From the sequence record MH051917: a stretch of DNA of 64,000 nt. One strand, 5' to 3'. Positions 36,588 through 46,158 of the stretch are shown here, piece by piece. Positions within the stretch are counted from its first letter, which is position 1. Each line of letters starts with the position of its first letter. Position numbers and translations under genes: made by a program. A model generated the notes under the pieces. That model made no database searches, was not told the origin of the DNA, and worked only from the letters and a program-made list of their open reading frames with translations. The stretch comes from Enterobacteria phage vB_EcoM_IME341.

Positions 36588-39299
36588 ATGCAAGAATTCT
36601 ATTTGACAGTCGAACAAATCGGTGATAATATTCTCGAACGTTACATCGATAAAAATGGTAACGAACGTAGTCGTGAAGTTCCTTACAAGCCCACAATGTT
36701 TATGCATGCCAATCCAGAGCAAGCCGTAAAATACATTGATATCTATGGTAAGGGTTGTGTTAAGAAAGAATTCGACTCTATGCGCGATGCATCCCAATGG
36801 ATGAAACGTATGGACGATATGGGTCTCGAAGCCCTGGGTATGGACGACTATAAATTAGCCTATTTGTCTGATACCTATCGTAAAGAAATCAGGTATGATT
36901 CTTCTAAGATTCGTATTGCTAACTTCGACATCGAGGTAACATCTCCTGATGGATTCCCTGAACCAGCTCAGGCTAAACATCCTATCGATGCCATTACCCA
37001 CTACGACTCGATTGACGATAAATTCTATGTATTCGACCTTTTAGTTTCGCCTTATGGTACCGTCGAAGAGTGGTCGATTAAAATCGCTGAGAAACTCCAA
37101 GAAGAAGGTGGTGACGAAGTTCCACAAGAAATCATTGACAAAATCGTTTATCTTCCGTTTAATTCCGAAGAAGAAATGATGCTTGAGTATCTGAATTTCT
37201 GGCAACAGAAAACTCCTGTGATTTTGACTGGATGGAACGTTGAGTCGTTTGACGTACCATACGTTTATAACCGTCTGAAAAATCTGTTTGGTGAGAACAC
37301 TGCTAAGCGATTAAGCCCGCATCGTAAGACTCGTGTTAAAGTTATCGAGAACATGTACGGTGCTCGTGAAATTATTACATTGTTCGGTATCTCTGTTCTA
37401 GATTATATCGACCTGTATAAAAAATTCAGCTTTACCAACCAGCCTTCTTATTCTCTGGATTATGTTTCTGAATATGAATTGAAAGTAGGTAAGTTGAAAT
37501 ATGATGGTCCAATCTCCAAGTTACGTGAGACTAACCACCAACGATATATTTCCTATAACATTATCGACGTATATCGTGTAGTGCAGATTGATATGAAACG
37601 CCAGTTCATTCTTTTGAGTTTGGACATGGGTTATTATGCTAAGATGCAGATTCAGTCGGTGTTCAGTCCAATTAAGACTTGGGATGCTATTATCTTTAAT
37701 AGCCTTAAAGAACAAGGCAAGGTCATTCCGCAGGGTCGTTCACACGTGGTCCAACCTTATCCTGGTGCTTTCGTTAAGGAACCTATTCCTAACGCTTACA
37801 AATATGTAATGAGTTTCGACCTTACATCTCTGTACCCGAGTATCATTCGACAAGTGAATATAAGCCCAGAGACCATCGCAGGGACATTCGCTAACGCACC
37901 TATACATGAATATATTGCCGGAACAGCTCCGCGTCCTAGCGACACCTACAGTTGCTCTCCTAACGGCATGATGTACTATAAAGACCGTGAAGGTGTGATT
38001 CCGACAGAAATCACTAAGGTGTTCTTACAACGTAAAGAACATAAAGGTTATATGCTTGCAGCCCAACGTAATGGTGAGTTAATTAAAGAAGCATTAGAAA
38101 ATCCTAATCTCTCGGTTGATAGTCCACTGGATATCGATTATCGTTTTGACTTCTCTGACGAAATCAAAGCCCAGATTAAAGCACTGTCAGCGCCTTCTTT
38201 AAGAGAAATGTTGAAGAAAGCCGAGCTCACTGAAGTTGCAGGTAATACGGCTCAGATTAACCGTAAGTTGCTTATCAACTCCCTTTATGGTGCACTTGGT
38301 AACGTATGGTTCCGTTACTACGACCTCAGGAACGCAACTGCAATCACACTGTTTGGTCAAATGGCCCTCCAATGGATTGAACGTAAGGTTAACGAATATC
38401 TGAATAGCGTGTGTAAGACTGAAAACCAGAAGTTCGTGCTCTATGGTGATACTGACTCCATTTATGTTAAGGCAGATGCAATCATCAATAAAGTAGGTGA
38501 AGATAAATTCCGTGACACTAACCACTGGGTCGACTTCTTAGATAAATTTGCACGTGAACGTATGGAACCGGCTATTGATGCAGGCTTCCGTGAGATGTGC
38601 GAGTACATGAACAACAAACAACACTTGATGTTCATGGACCGAGAAGCTATCGCAGGTCCTCCACTTGGTTCTAAAGGTCTTGGTGGATTCTGGACAGGCA
38701 AGAAACGTTATGCACTGAACGTTTGGGACATGGAAGGTACTCGTTATGCCGAACCACACTTGAAAATCATGGGCCTTGAAACTCAGAAATCAAGTACGCC
38801 TAAAGCGGTTCAGAAAGCTCTGAAAGAATGTATCCGTCGTATGCTTCAGGAAGGCGAGGCCTCTTTGCAAGAATATTTCAAACAGTTTAATAAGGAATTT
38901 AACGAACTAAACTATGTAAGCATTGCAGCAGTATCCAGTGCTAACAACATTGAGAAATATAACGAAGGCGGATTCCCTGGTTCTAAATGCCCGTACCATA
39001 TCAAAGGTTGCTTAGCTTACATGCGTGCTTCTGCAGGTGATTTGACTATGCCTCGTATCGTTGATGGTGAAAAGGTATATGTACTGCCACTTAAAGAAGG
39101 CAACCCGTTTGGTGAAGCCTGTATGGCATGGCCGTCAGGTATTGAACTTCCAGTTCAGATTCGTGACCAAGTCCTCCGTTGGATGGACTACAACGTACTG
39201 TTCCAAAAGACCTTTATCAAGCCTCTGACTGGTTTTACTGAGTCCGCTAAAATCGACTACGAGAAAAAAGCAACATTATTTGATATGTTCGACTTTTAA
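36588..39299 (+). CDS. 43: DNA polymerase gp43 (family B)
   Basis: exo FDIE and pol YGDTDS motifs; colinear with T4 gp43; start at in-frame ATG 36588. Confidence 0.97.
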   Translation: MQEFYLTVEQIGDNILERYIDKNGNERSREVPYKPTMFMHANPEQAVKYIDIYGKGCVKKEFDSMRDASQWMKRMDDMGLEALGMDDYKLAYLSDTYRKEIRYDSSKIRIANFDIEVTSPDGFPEPAQAKHPIDAITHYDSIDDKFYVFDLLVSPYGTVEEWSIKIAEKLQEEGGDEVPQEIIDKIVYLPFNSEEEMMLEYLNFWQQKTPVILTGWNVESFDVPYVYNRLKNLFGENTAKRLSPHRKTRVKVIENMYGAREIITLFGISVLDYIDLYKKFSFTNQPSYSLDYVSEYELKVGKLKYDGPISKLRETNHQRYISYNIIDVYRVVQIDMKRQFILLSLDMGYYAKMQIQSVFSPIKTWDAIIFNSLKEQGKVIPQGRSHVVQPYPGAFVKEPIPNAYKYVMSFDLTSLYPSIIRQVNISPETIAGTFANAPIHEYIAGTAPRPSDTYSCSPNGMMYYKDREGVIPTEITKVFLQRKEHKGYMLAAQRNGELIKEALENPNLSVDSPLDIDYRFDFSDEIKAQIKALSAPSLREMLKKAELTEVAGNTAQINRKLLINSLYGALGNVWFRYYDLRNATAITLFGQMALQWIERKVNEYLNSVCKTENQKFVLYGDTDSIYVKADAIINKVGEDKFRDTNHWVDFLDKFARERMEPAIDAGFREMCEYMNNKQHLMFMDREAIAGPPLGSKGLGGFWTGKKRYALNVWDMEGTRYAEPHLKIMGLETQKSSTPKAVQKALKECIRRMLQEGEASLQEYFKQFNKEFNELNYVSIAAVSSANNIEKYNEGGFPGSKCPYHIKGCLAYMRASAGDLTMPRIVDGEKVYVLPLKEGNPFGEACMAWPSGIELPVQIRDQVLRWMDYNVLFQKTFIKPLTGFTESAKIDYEKKATLFDMFDF

Positions 39300-39301
39300 G
39301 T

Positions 39302-39331
39302 GTTTACATACCACAAGGAACGTGGTAGTAT
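39302..39331 (+). promoter_or_regulatory. early promoter upstream of imm
   Basis: GTTTACA -35 (overlaps gene 43 stop) and TG-n-TAGTAT -10. Confidence 0.5.
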
Positions 39332-39362
39332 CCTTCCTATCAACTACTTAGAGGAAATTACA

Positions 39363-39599
39363 ATGGAAGCTTTAATCGTTAGTGCTGGTGTTTTAGGATT
39401 TGGTTCTCTGGTTATTATGTTCATCGGTTACTTTTTACCATGGATTTTAGCTCTTCTGCGAGGCACTCGTAGTAATGTAGGAATTTTCTTCCTTAATCTC
39501 CTGTTGGGTTGGACGATGATTGGTTGGGTAGTGGCTTTAATCTGGGCTATCGTCGCTGAACGTAAATCAAACGCACAAATCATTATCGTTAAGCAATGA
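39363..39599 (+). CDS. imm: superinfection immunity protein (Imm-like)
   Basis: 78 aa, two TM helices; position immediately after gene 43 as T4 imm. Confidence 0.55.
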   Translation: MEALIVSAGVLGFGSLVIMFIGYFLPWILALLRGTRSNVGIFFLNLLLGWTMIGWVVALIWAIVAERKSNAQIIIVKQ

Positions 39600-39733
39600 A
39601 AATAATTATTTTATTTCTTATAATGGCTGCCTTTACCGTTTATTGGGCAGTGGCAATTCCGCCAATGATTCCGACACTAATCATCGGATGGATTATTCTT
39701 ATAGCACAAATTAAGTATAACTGTTTTAATTGA
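39596..39733 (+). CDS. micro-ORF, membrane peptide
   Basis: 45 aa hydrophobic, ATGA overlap with imm stop; not in ORF track. Confidence 0.3.
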   Translation: MKIIILFLIMAAFTVYWAVAIPPMIPTLIIGWIILIAQIKYNCFN

Positions 39734-39740
39734 GGATATT

Positions 39741-40241
39741 ATGAAAAAGTTAATTATCGCAATGAGTATACTCCTATCAGGTTGCGCGGCCCAATATGGT
39801 GATGCAGTTTCAGCCGATGAAGTTGGTAAAGCTCGTATCGCAGCTGAACAGAAACAATTCGATGGCGAAATGAAATTCCGTGCAGGTTCTGGACTTGTGT
39901 ATACCCGAGCTAATAATCAATGCGGTAATAACTGTGCAAAATATGCTCAAAGGGAAATCGAATTCCAACGTGAACAAGAGTCTAAGCGTGAAGCGGTACT
40001 AGCCAAACACCAGGCAGAAATGAAGCGCCAAGATGATTTGTACAAAAAGCAGAAACTGTATGCGATGTGCGTAAACCATATCAATCTACAGATTTCTATC
40101 CATGAGGCTCGTTATTACGAAATGCTCGAAACCGAGAGCTTCGATAAAGCCCGTGATTATAAGAAACAAATCAATAAGCTCAAGACCAAAGTACCGGCGG
40201 CAATAGAACAGTGTATTGAAATCGGTAAAGATAAGATTTAA
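39741..40241 (+). CDS. lipoprotein
   Basis: signal peptide with lipobox LLSGC; 166 aa. Confidence 0.55.
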   Translation: MKKLIIAMSILLSGCAAQYGDAVSADEVGKARIAAEQKQFDGEMKFRAGSGLVYTRANNQCGNNCAKYAQREIEFQREQESKREAVLAKHQAEMKRQDDLYKKQKLYAMCVNHINLQISIHEARYYEMLETESFDKARDYKKQINKLKTKVPAAIEQCIEIGKDKI

Positions 40242-40301
40242 GCAATACCAATTTATTAAAAATAGTGTATAATGTACCTACATTCACTTGAGGAACAGAT
40301 A

Positions 40302-41975
40302 ATGAAAAAGGTTGTTATTTTAGGCGCAGGTCTTGGCTCACGGTTGTATCCAATTACTAACGAAATCCCGAAGGTATTGGTTAACTACAAACAACATACT
40401 GTATTAAAACATTTGTATGATTTGTATAGTAACCAATCGGATGAAATTATTCTGGTTATTCACAGCAAATTTAACGACCTCGTTAAAGGCTATATTAAAT
40501 CCATTAACATGATTAATAGTGATAAGCCTAAATTCACTATTCGTAACGTAGATGTGGCTAATGGTTCAGCTCATGCTATTGATTGCATTGCCGAAGATAT
40601 CATCGGGCACAATGTCTTGTTTAACTGGTGTGATATTATTCCTGAAGGTTATAAAGTTGAGTGGGATAACGACTATTGCTATACCTACGGGACTGACTGT
40701 CGTTTTACATTTGAAGAACCGTACTTGCGTGAAATTGGTACCGGTGGTGGCGTAGTTGGCTTGTATCAGGTGGCTAATTGGACAGGTTTTAACGGTCTGT
40801 ATTATGGCGAAGACCTGGCCGACAACCTGGATTCAATGGTCCATTTGACCGAACGTAAGCTAGACTTTGTAGTTGATGTCGGTGACAAACTGAAACTGGC
40901 TAAGGCCCATGAAGAATCTGAAATTAACCGTGAATTTAATAAATTAGAGTTCACTGAGAATCTGGCTATTAAAGTACCTACCAACGAATTAGGTAAAGAA
41001 ATCCAATCTAAAGAAATCAATTGGTATAATTCTATTGATTCTGAATTTGTTCCGAGCATTGTAGACTTTGCTCCAGGTGAATTCATTAAAATGGAACGTA
41101 TCTTTGGTCGTACTATGGCAGATGCCTATCGGTTTATGTCTAAAGAAACTAAAGTCCTCATGGTTTATAAGGTCATTAGTGCATTACGTTCATTCGGTGG
41201 AACTATCGATAATCCATCCGATGAGCAATGGTATTCCGATGTTAAGAAAGAAGTATTGGACAAGGTCCTTATTCGTAATGCTTCTATTGCCGGATTGATT
41301 GAAGGCTTTGCTCCACAGGGCATTACCCATGTCAATGACTTTAAGGTAGGCGACCCTGAAAAACTTCTTCGCCATGCACTAGAAATTCTGTCTGAACATA
41401 AAGAACCGTACCAACTTATTCATGGCGACCCGCACTACAGTAATATTATGTTGTCGGACGAAGGTGATATTAAAATCATCGACCCACGTGGTTATTTTGG
41501 TAATAGTTCTAAAGGCCCTGCGATTTATGACGAAGCTAAAGTGCTTTATTCTATCGATGGTTATGACAAATTTAACTCTGACCCTCTATGGGGCGGCTTA
41601 ACTCGTAACGGAACTCGTGTATTCGTTGATATTGAAAAGGTTATGCCTTTAGACGATATTCCGATGTGTACATTTAAGCACAAGCTCTGGATTGCTGTTA
41701 TCTGGATGGCATTGGCAGGTTACTTTAAAAATAACCCTCTGAAAGCTCTGGGTGCTTATTACAACGGGTTGTACCAACTGAGTGTGCTGCTTAAGCGGCA
41801 TCCTCGTAAGCGTAAGCTTATCACAGGTGAATTTGTCGATGAAGTTCGTGACCCTATCACGGCTCAAATTATCACTCGTTGTCCTGATAAGTGGGTTTTG
41901 CTTGACCAAGAAACTGGTGTAAAATATAAACCTACAGGTTCTACTGAACTCCACAAACAATGGAAGAAAATTTAA
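40302..41975 (+). CDS. bifunctional nucleotidyltransferase / APH-fold kinase
   Basis: N-term ILGAGLGSRL (sugar-phosphate NTase); C-term HGDPHYSNIM and IIDPRG (APH/choline-kinase-like). Confidence 0.65.
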   Translation: MKKVVILGAGLGSRLYPITNEIPKVLVNYKQHTVLKHLYDLYSNQSDEIILVIHSKFNDLVKGYIKSINMINSDKPKFTIRNVDVANGSAHAIDCIAEDIIGHNVLFNWCDIIPEGYKVEWDNDYCYTYGTDCRFTFEEPYLREIGTGGGVVGLYQVANWTGFNGLYYGEDLADNLDSMVHLTERKLDFVVDVGDKLKLAKAHEESEINREFNKLEFTENLAIKVPTNELGKEIQSKEINWYNSIDSEFVPSIVDFAPGEFIKMERIFGRTMADAYRFMSKETKVLMVYKVISALRSFGGTIDNPSDEQWYSDVKKEVLDKVLIRNASIAGLIEGFAPQGITHVNDFKVGDPEKLLRHALEILSEHKEPYQLIHGDPHYSNIMLSDEGDIKIIDPRGYFGNSSKGPAIYDEAKVLYSIDGYDKFNSDPLWGGLTRNGTRVFVDIEKVMPLDDIPMCTFKHKLWIAVIWMALAGYFKNNPLKALGAYYNGLYQLSVLLKRHPRKRKLITGEFVDEVRDPITAQIITRCPDKWVLLDQETGVKYKPTGSTELHKQWKKI

Positions 41976-42334
41976 TGCATCTGTGTTTTGATATCGATAA
42001 CACAATCACGGTTTGGAACCACGACCGTGATTATGAAAACTTTAAACCGGACACCGAAATGGTGTCCATGATTAATAAGCTTTATGACGAAGGTTATGAG
42101 ATTACACTGTTCACTGCTCGTGGCATGACTTCATGTGGACCCGGTCGAATCTTGGTTGAAGTAGTTCCTGCATTGGTTAAGAACCTTGAAAAGATTGGAT
42201 TGAAATATCATAATCTGCTTACACACAAGCCGAGTTATACTTTTATCATCGATGACCGAGCAATCCGTCCTGACCACTTTAAAGAAATGGTTCGTGAAGG
42301 AACTCTTGAAACCTATAAGGCATATCATCCGTGA
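41975..42334 (+). CDS. HAD-superfamily phosphatase-like protein
   Basis: FDIDNTI (DxDxT motif I) and FIIDDR (motif IV); TAATG overlap with upstream gene. Confidence 0.5.
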   Translation: MHLCFDIDNTITVWNHDRDYENFKPDTEMVSMINKLYDEGYEITLFTARGMTSCGPGRILVEVVPALVKNLEKIGLKYHNLLTHKPSYTFIIDDRAIRPDHFKEMVREGTLETYKAYHP

Positions 42335-42867
42335 AACCAAAAATCATTGTTATCGACGGCCCGGATAATTCCGGGAAGTCTACTTTAATTGAATCACTTT
42401 TATCTGATAAGAAATATCGTCTTATTGATTTTCCTAAAAAGATTAATGGCAAATGCATTTCATTAGGGACTGATAATGACAAGGCTTTAGTCGAGACGTT
42501 GTATAAGTTTTTAGACCCTAATTTCGTTTACATCCTCGACCGTGGTTATCCAAGTAATATAGTTTACTCAGGATTCCTTCGTGGTGAAATGGACCCTTAT
42601 GTGGAACTAGCAGATTGGATTGATTTCAAAAAAGAATTCAATATCATTGAGATTATTTTAACCCGTAATCCGTTGGATAAAGACTTTGAAGATGACCTCA
42701 TTAAACTGACTAAAGATGAGTTCAACTTAACTATTCAGAAATATGAAGACTGTTTTAAAAATGTTTTTAAAGTTTTAAACCATGACGGACATAATAACTT
42801 GCTTAACGTCGATATGGTAGAATTAAAACGTCTGAATGAATATATTGAAAATAAGGTGAATAAATGA
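42331..42867 (+). CDS. P-loop kinase (thymidylate/dNMP-kinase-like)
   Basis: VIDGPDNSGKST Walker A; apparent GTG start overlapping upstream stop (GTGA). Confidence 0.6.
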   Translation: MKPKIIVIDGPDNSGKSTLIESLLSDKKYRLIDFPKKINGKCISLGTDNDKALVETLYKFLDPNFVYILDRGYPSNIVYSGFLRGEMDPYVELADWIDFKKEFNIIEIILTRNPLDKDFEDDLIKLTKDEFNLTIQKYEDCFKNVFKVLNHDGHNNLLNVDMVELKRLNEYIENKVNK

Positions 42868-43562
42868 AACACATTACCGCTGTTAGTTTTGAAAACGCGT
42901 TTAAGCAAATGAACGAAGAAATCCTGGAAGCTCCACAGTTTGCAGTTGATTCTCGTATCGGCCGTTGTTATGAAATTGGTTCTGCTTCGGTAGAAGTACT
43001 GGATGCAAGCACTTACAAATTCACCGATCCCCGCATTAATCGTATCAACTATGATTATGCCGAATCTTTCTGGAAATTTATGATTTCTGGTGGTACTGAT
43101 GCCGCCGAAGCATTTAAGGAATATCCTAATGTTGCTAAGTTCATTGATAAGCCGAAAAGTGACGTATTGCCTGCAAACTTCAACACTTTCTATGGACCTC
43201 GAATTGTGGCCCAACTCCCAGCCCTACTTAAAGAGCTTAAAGAAAAGCCTAACTCGCGAAGAGTTGTGTTCCAGATTCTCCAAGAACAAGACCAAGCCCT
43301 CCTTGATTCTGACGAATCCTTAGAATATCCGTGTACCGATTCGGTAACATATTATATTCGTGATGGACGTCTGTATGCACACACTCATATGCGTTCACAG
43401 AACTGTGCTATCGTTATGCAGCTGGATTTCTATCTGCAGGGTAAACTGATGGCCTTTATTGCTGAACAGTGTGGTGTTGGTCTGGGTACGTATTCCCATA
43501 CTATGGTTAGTGCACATGTATTTGAACGTGATTTTGACTACGTTCGAGGATTCCTGAAATGA
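42864..43562 (+). CDS. 42: thymidylate-synthase-family pyrimidine hydroxymethylase (gene 42 homolog, divergent)
   Basis: PNSRR, catalytic Cys in YPCTDSV, HMRSQN; pattern closer to T4 gp42 than to ThyA. Confidence 0.7.
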   Translation: MKHITAVSFENAFKQMNEEILEAPQFAVDSRIGRCYEIGSASVEVLDASTYKFTDPRINRINYDYAESFWKFMISGGTDAAEAFKEYPNVAKFIDKPKSDVLPANFNTFYGPRIVAQLPALLKELKEKPNSRRVVFQILQEQDQALLDSDESLEYPCTDSVTYYIRDGRLYAHTHMRSQNCAIVMQLDFYLQGKLMAFIAEQCGVGLGTYSHTMVSAHVFERDFDYVRGFLK

Positions 43563-44452
43563 GTCTGTTTATCGTTCCTATTTTCAGTATGCGTAGTTAC
43601 GAAACAGGTGAATATGCCGTCCTTAAGGACGGTAATTTTCAACTCCATTTAAACCGTGCTTGCCCAGGTGATTATCTGGCTTATCCTAGAAATTCGAGCG
43701 ATATCAAAGAATGTATTGAATTGTTTCCTGAACTGAATTTTGTACCGCTTTGGTATAAAGAAAATGCTTATGAAACCCGTAAACATTTTTGGTCTGAAAA
43801 TGAGTTCGTTGTTGATTCGCTAATCGAATACTATGACTGCTCAGGATTAGTAACCGATATCACAGGTTATGATGGTGCTCAGACAGTACAATTCAACTTT
43901 AACATTACAATGGACCCTGAAGTTCCTCGTTATTATATTGATGAGTTCATTGATATCGATGTGTCTTCGGTTGAACGTTCGATTTATACTACAGTCCTTA
44001 ACCAATGCCAGAAAGACGTCCTGGTGTCACGAGGTGCGTCCTCTGATAAGATTTTTGTAGACCAAAAGGTAATTAATCCTGCAATAATTGAGCGTTACTC
44101 TGAAGGTCTAGCGCCTATTAAAATTGATGGTATTTTCCATCCATTCCGTATCTCTGATAAATGCTATCAATTCGAAAGAGTTGTAGACCAAGCTGCGGCT
44201 GAAGGTTCTCGTCTTTACATCACCGATCCGAATGATTCATTTAAGCGTGAAGACTATCGTCCTGATGTAGAGATTATTAAATTCAAACCGAGTAAGGTTG
44301 AATATTATCAGATTCTGAAATCAAGACCTCATATCATTTATCATGAGAATCCTGGTTTAGTATTCCATCCTGGTCTAGCTGAATTCATTTATTTCGGTGC
44401 CCATATCCATTCTGAGTACGAAATGCCGAGTTATGAGGACGTAGTATGCTAG
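43559..44452 (+). CDS. hypothetical protein in beta-glucosyltransferase position (candidate DNA-modifying transferase)
   Basis: 297-aa ORF, ATGA overlap with gene 42 homolog; no similarity to T4 beta-gt recognised. Confidence 0.5.
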   Translation: MSLFIVPIFSMRSYETGEYAVLKDGNFQLHLNRACPGDYLAYPRNSSDIKECIELFPELNFVPLWYKENAYETRKHFWSENEFVVDSLIEYYDCSGLVTDITGYDGAQTVQFNFNITMDPEVPRYYIDEFIDIDVSSVERSIYTTVLNQCQKDVLVSRGASSDKIFVDQKVINPAIIERYSEGLAPIKIDGIFHPFRISDKCYQFERVVDQAAAEGSRLYITDPNDSFKREDYRPDVEIIKFKPSKVEYYQILKSRPHIIYHENPGLVFHPGLAEFIYFGAHIHSEYEMPSYEDVVC

Positions 44453-44654
44453 GTCCTTTATTGCTTTTTATAGGTTTGTTATTATTCTCTTTCGGAGCCT
44501 TGTTATTATTATGCTGGCTCGAGAAACGAGAAGTCCGGAAGATAGTCGATAAGGCTATCAACCGAGGAATAAAATAACGCTGTAAATGTGAAGTGATATA
44601 ATTACCCTATCTTAAAACGTGAGTAAAATATAATGGTGCCTATGGAAAAATATA

Positions 44655-45836
44655 ATGTCCGATTTAAAATCCCGTTTGATTAAAGCTTCTACTTCTAAAA
44701 TGACTGCCGACCTGACCAAATCTAAATTGTTTAATGGTCGTGACGAAGTTCCTACTCGTATCCCTATGCTTAATATTGCATTAGGCGGTGCATTGAATGC
44801 AGGCTTACAATCAGGTTTGACAATCTTTGCTGCTCCATCTAAACACTTTAAAACGTTGTTTGGACTTACCATGGTTGCGGCATATATGAAGAAATATCCA
44901 GACGCAATTTGTTTGTTCTATGACTCTGAGTTTGGTGCTTCAGAATCTTATTTCCGTTCGATGGGTGTTGACCTGGAACGTGTGGTTCATACACCAATCC
45001 AGTCAGTCGAACAGCTTAAAGTTGATATGACCAACCAGTTAGAAGAAATTACTCGCGGCGAAAAGGTTATTATCTTTATCGACTCCATTGGTAACACTGC
45101 TTCTAAGAAAGAAACCGAAGATGCTTTGAACGAGAAAGTTGTAGGTGATATGACTCGTGCTAAGTCACTGAAATCTCTGTTCCGTATCGTAACACCTTAT
45201 CTGACCATCAAAGATATCCCTTGTGTAGCAATTAACCACACGGCTATGGAAATTGGTGGAATGTATCCTAAAGAGATTATGGGTGGTGGTACTGGTATTC
45301 TGTACTCTGCTTCTACCGTGTTCTTTATCTCTAAACGTCAGGTTAAAGATGGTACTGAGCTCACTGGTTATGACTTCACACTGAAGGCTGAGAAATCTCG
45401 TACGGTTAAAGAGAAGTCAACGTTCCCTATCACCGTTAACTTTGAAGGCGGTATCGACCCGTTCAGTGGATTGCTTGAAATGGCTACTGATATCGGCTTT
45501 GTCGTGAAACCTAAAGCTGGTTGGTATAATCGTGCATTCCTTGACGAAACCACGGGTGAAATGGTTCAAGAAGAAAAAGCATGGCGTGCCAAAGCTACCG
45601 ATTGTGTTGAGTTCTGGGGACCTCTGTTTAAACATGCCCCGTTCCGTGAAGCAATCGAGAATAAGTATAAGCTTGGTGCAATTAATTCTATTAAAGAAGT
45701 TGACGATGCAGTGAACGACCTTATTAACTCTCGTGTCTCTAAGAACGTTGCTGTTAAATTAGGCGGAAATACCCAAAGCGCCGCTGACATCGAAAGCGAT
45801 TTAGAAAACATGAATTTTGTGAGCGACCATGACTGA
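44655..45836 (+). CDS. uvsX: recombinase UvsX (RecA-like)
   Basis: 393 aa; MSDLKSRLIKASTSK... strong match to T4 UvsX. Confidence 0.95.
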   Translation: MSDLKSRLIKASTSKMTADLTKSKLFNGRDEVPTRIPMLNIALGGALNAGLQSGLTIFAAPSKHFKTLFGLTMVAAYMKKYPDAICLFYDSEFGASESYFRSMGVDLERVVHTPIQSVEQLKVDMTNQLEEITRGEKVIIFIDSIGNTASKKETEDALNEKVVGDMTRAKSLKSLFRIVTPYLTIKDIPCVAINHTAMEIGGMYPKEIMGGGTGILYSASTVFFISKRQVKDGTELTGYDFTLKAEKSRTVKEKSTFPITVNFEGGIDPFSGLLEMATDIGFVVKPKAGWYNRAFLDETTGEMVQEEKAWRAKATDCVEFWGPLFKHAPFREAIENKYKLGAINSIKEVDDAVNDLINSRVSKNVAVKLGGNTQSAADIESDLENMNFVSDHD

Positions 45837-46158
45837 TTTATCTGATTTAGATAATTTTGTTAAAGATACCGAAGAGGGTCCTAGTGACCCTCGTTATTAT
45901 GAGAAATCATTAGATATAATCCGTAAGTCAATGGGTTCTGTTAAGCAGGAAATTATGCTTACTTTACCCGATGGCACTGCTCACATCGTTTATGTGATGA
46001 ATATTGTTATTGAGAAAGATGGAAAAGTGTCGGTTGATTTCGGAACACCTTCCGAAGACCGAAAAGAAGAGCTAGCGCTTCATGTAGAAAAATGTGTTAC
46101 AATGCAAATACAAGAAGAACTGGATAAAATTAAATCTAAGAGGTGGTGGAAGTGGTAG
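45829..46158 (+). CDS. 40: gp40-like protein
   Basis: 109 aa between uvsX and 41 as in T4. Confidence 0.55.
   Translation: MTDLSDLDNFVKDTEEGPSDPRYYEKSLDIIRKSMGSVKQEIMLTLPDGTAHIVYVMNIVIEKDGKVSVDFGTPSEDRKEELALHVEKCVTMQIQEELDKIKSKRWWKW

Noticed and set aside
43559-44452. Naming this ORF as T4-type beta-glucosyltransferase
   Set aside because: Occupies the beta-gt position, but it is shorter (297 versus about 351 aa) and I could not recognise beta-gt sequence features; left as a hypothetical transferase candidate.
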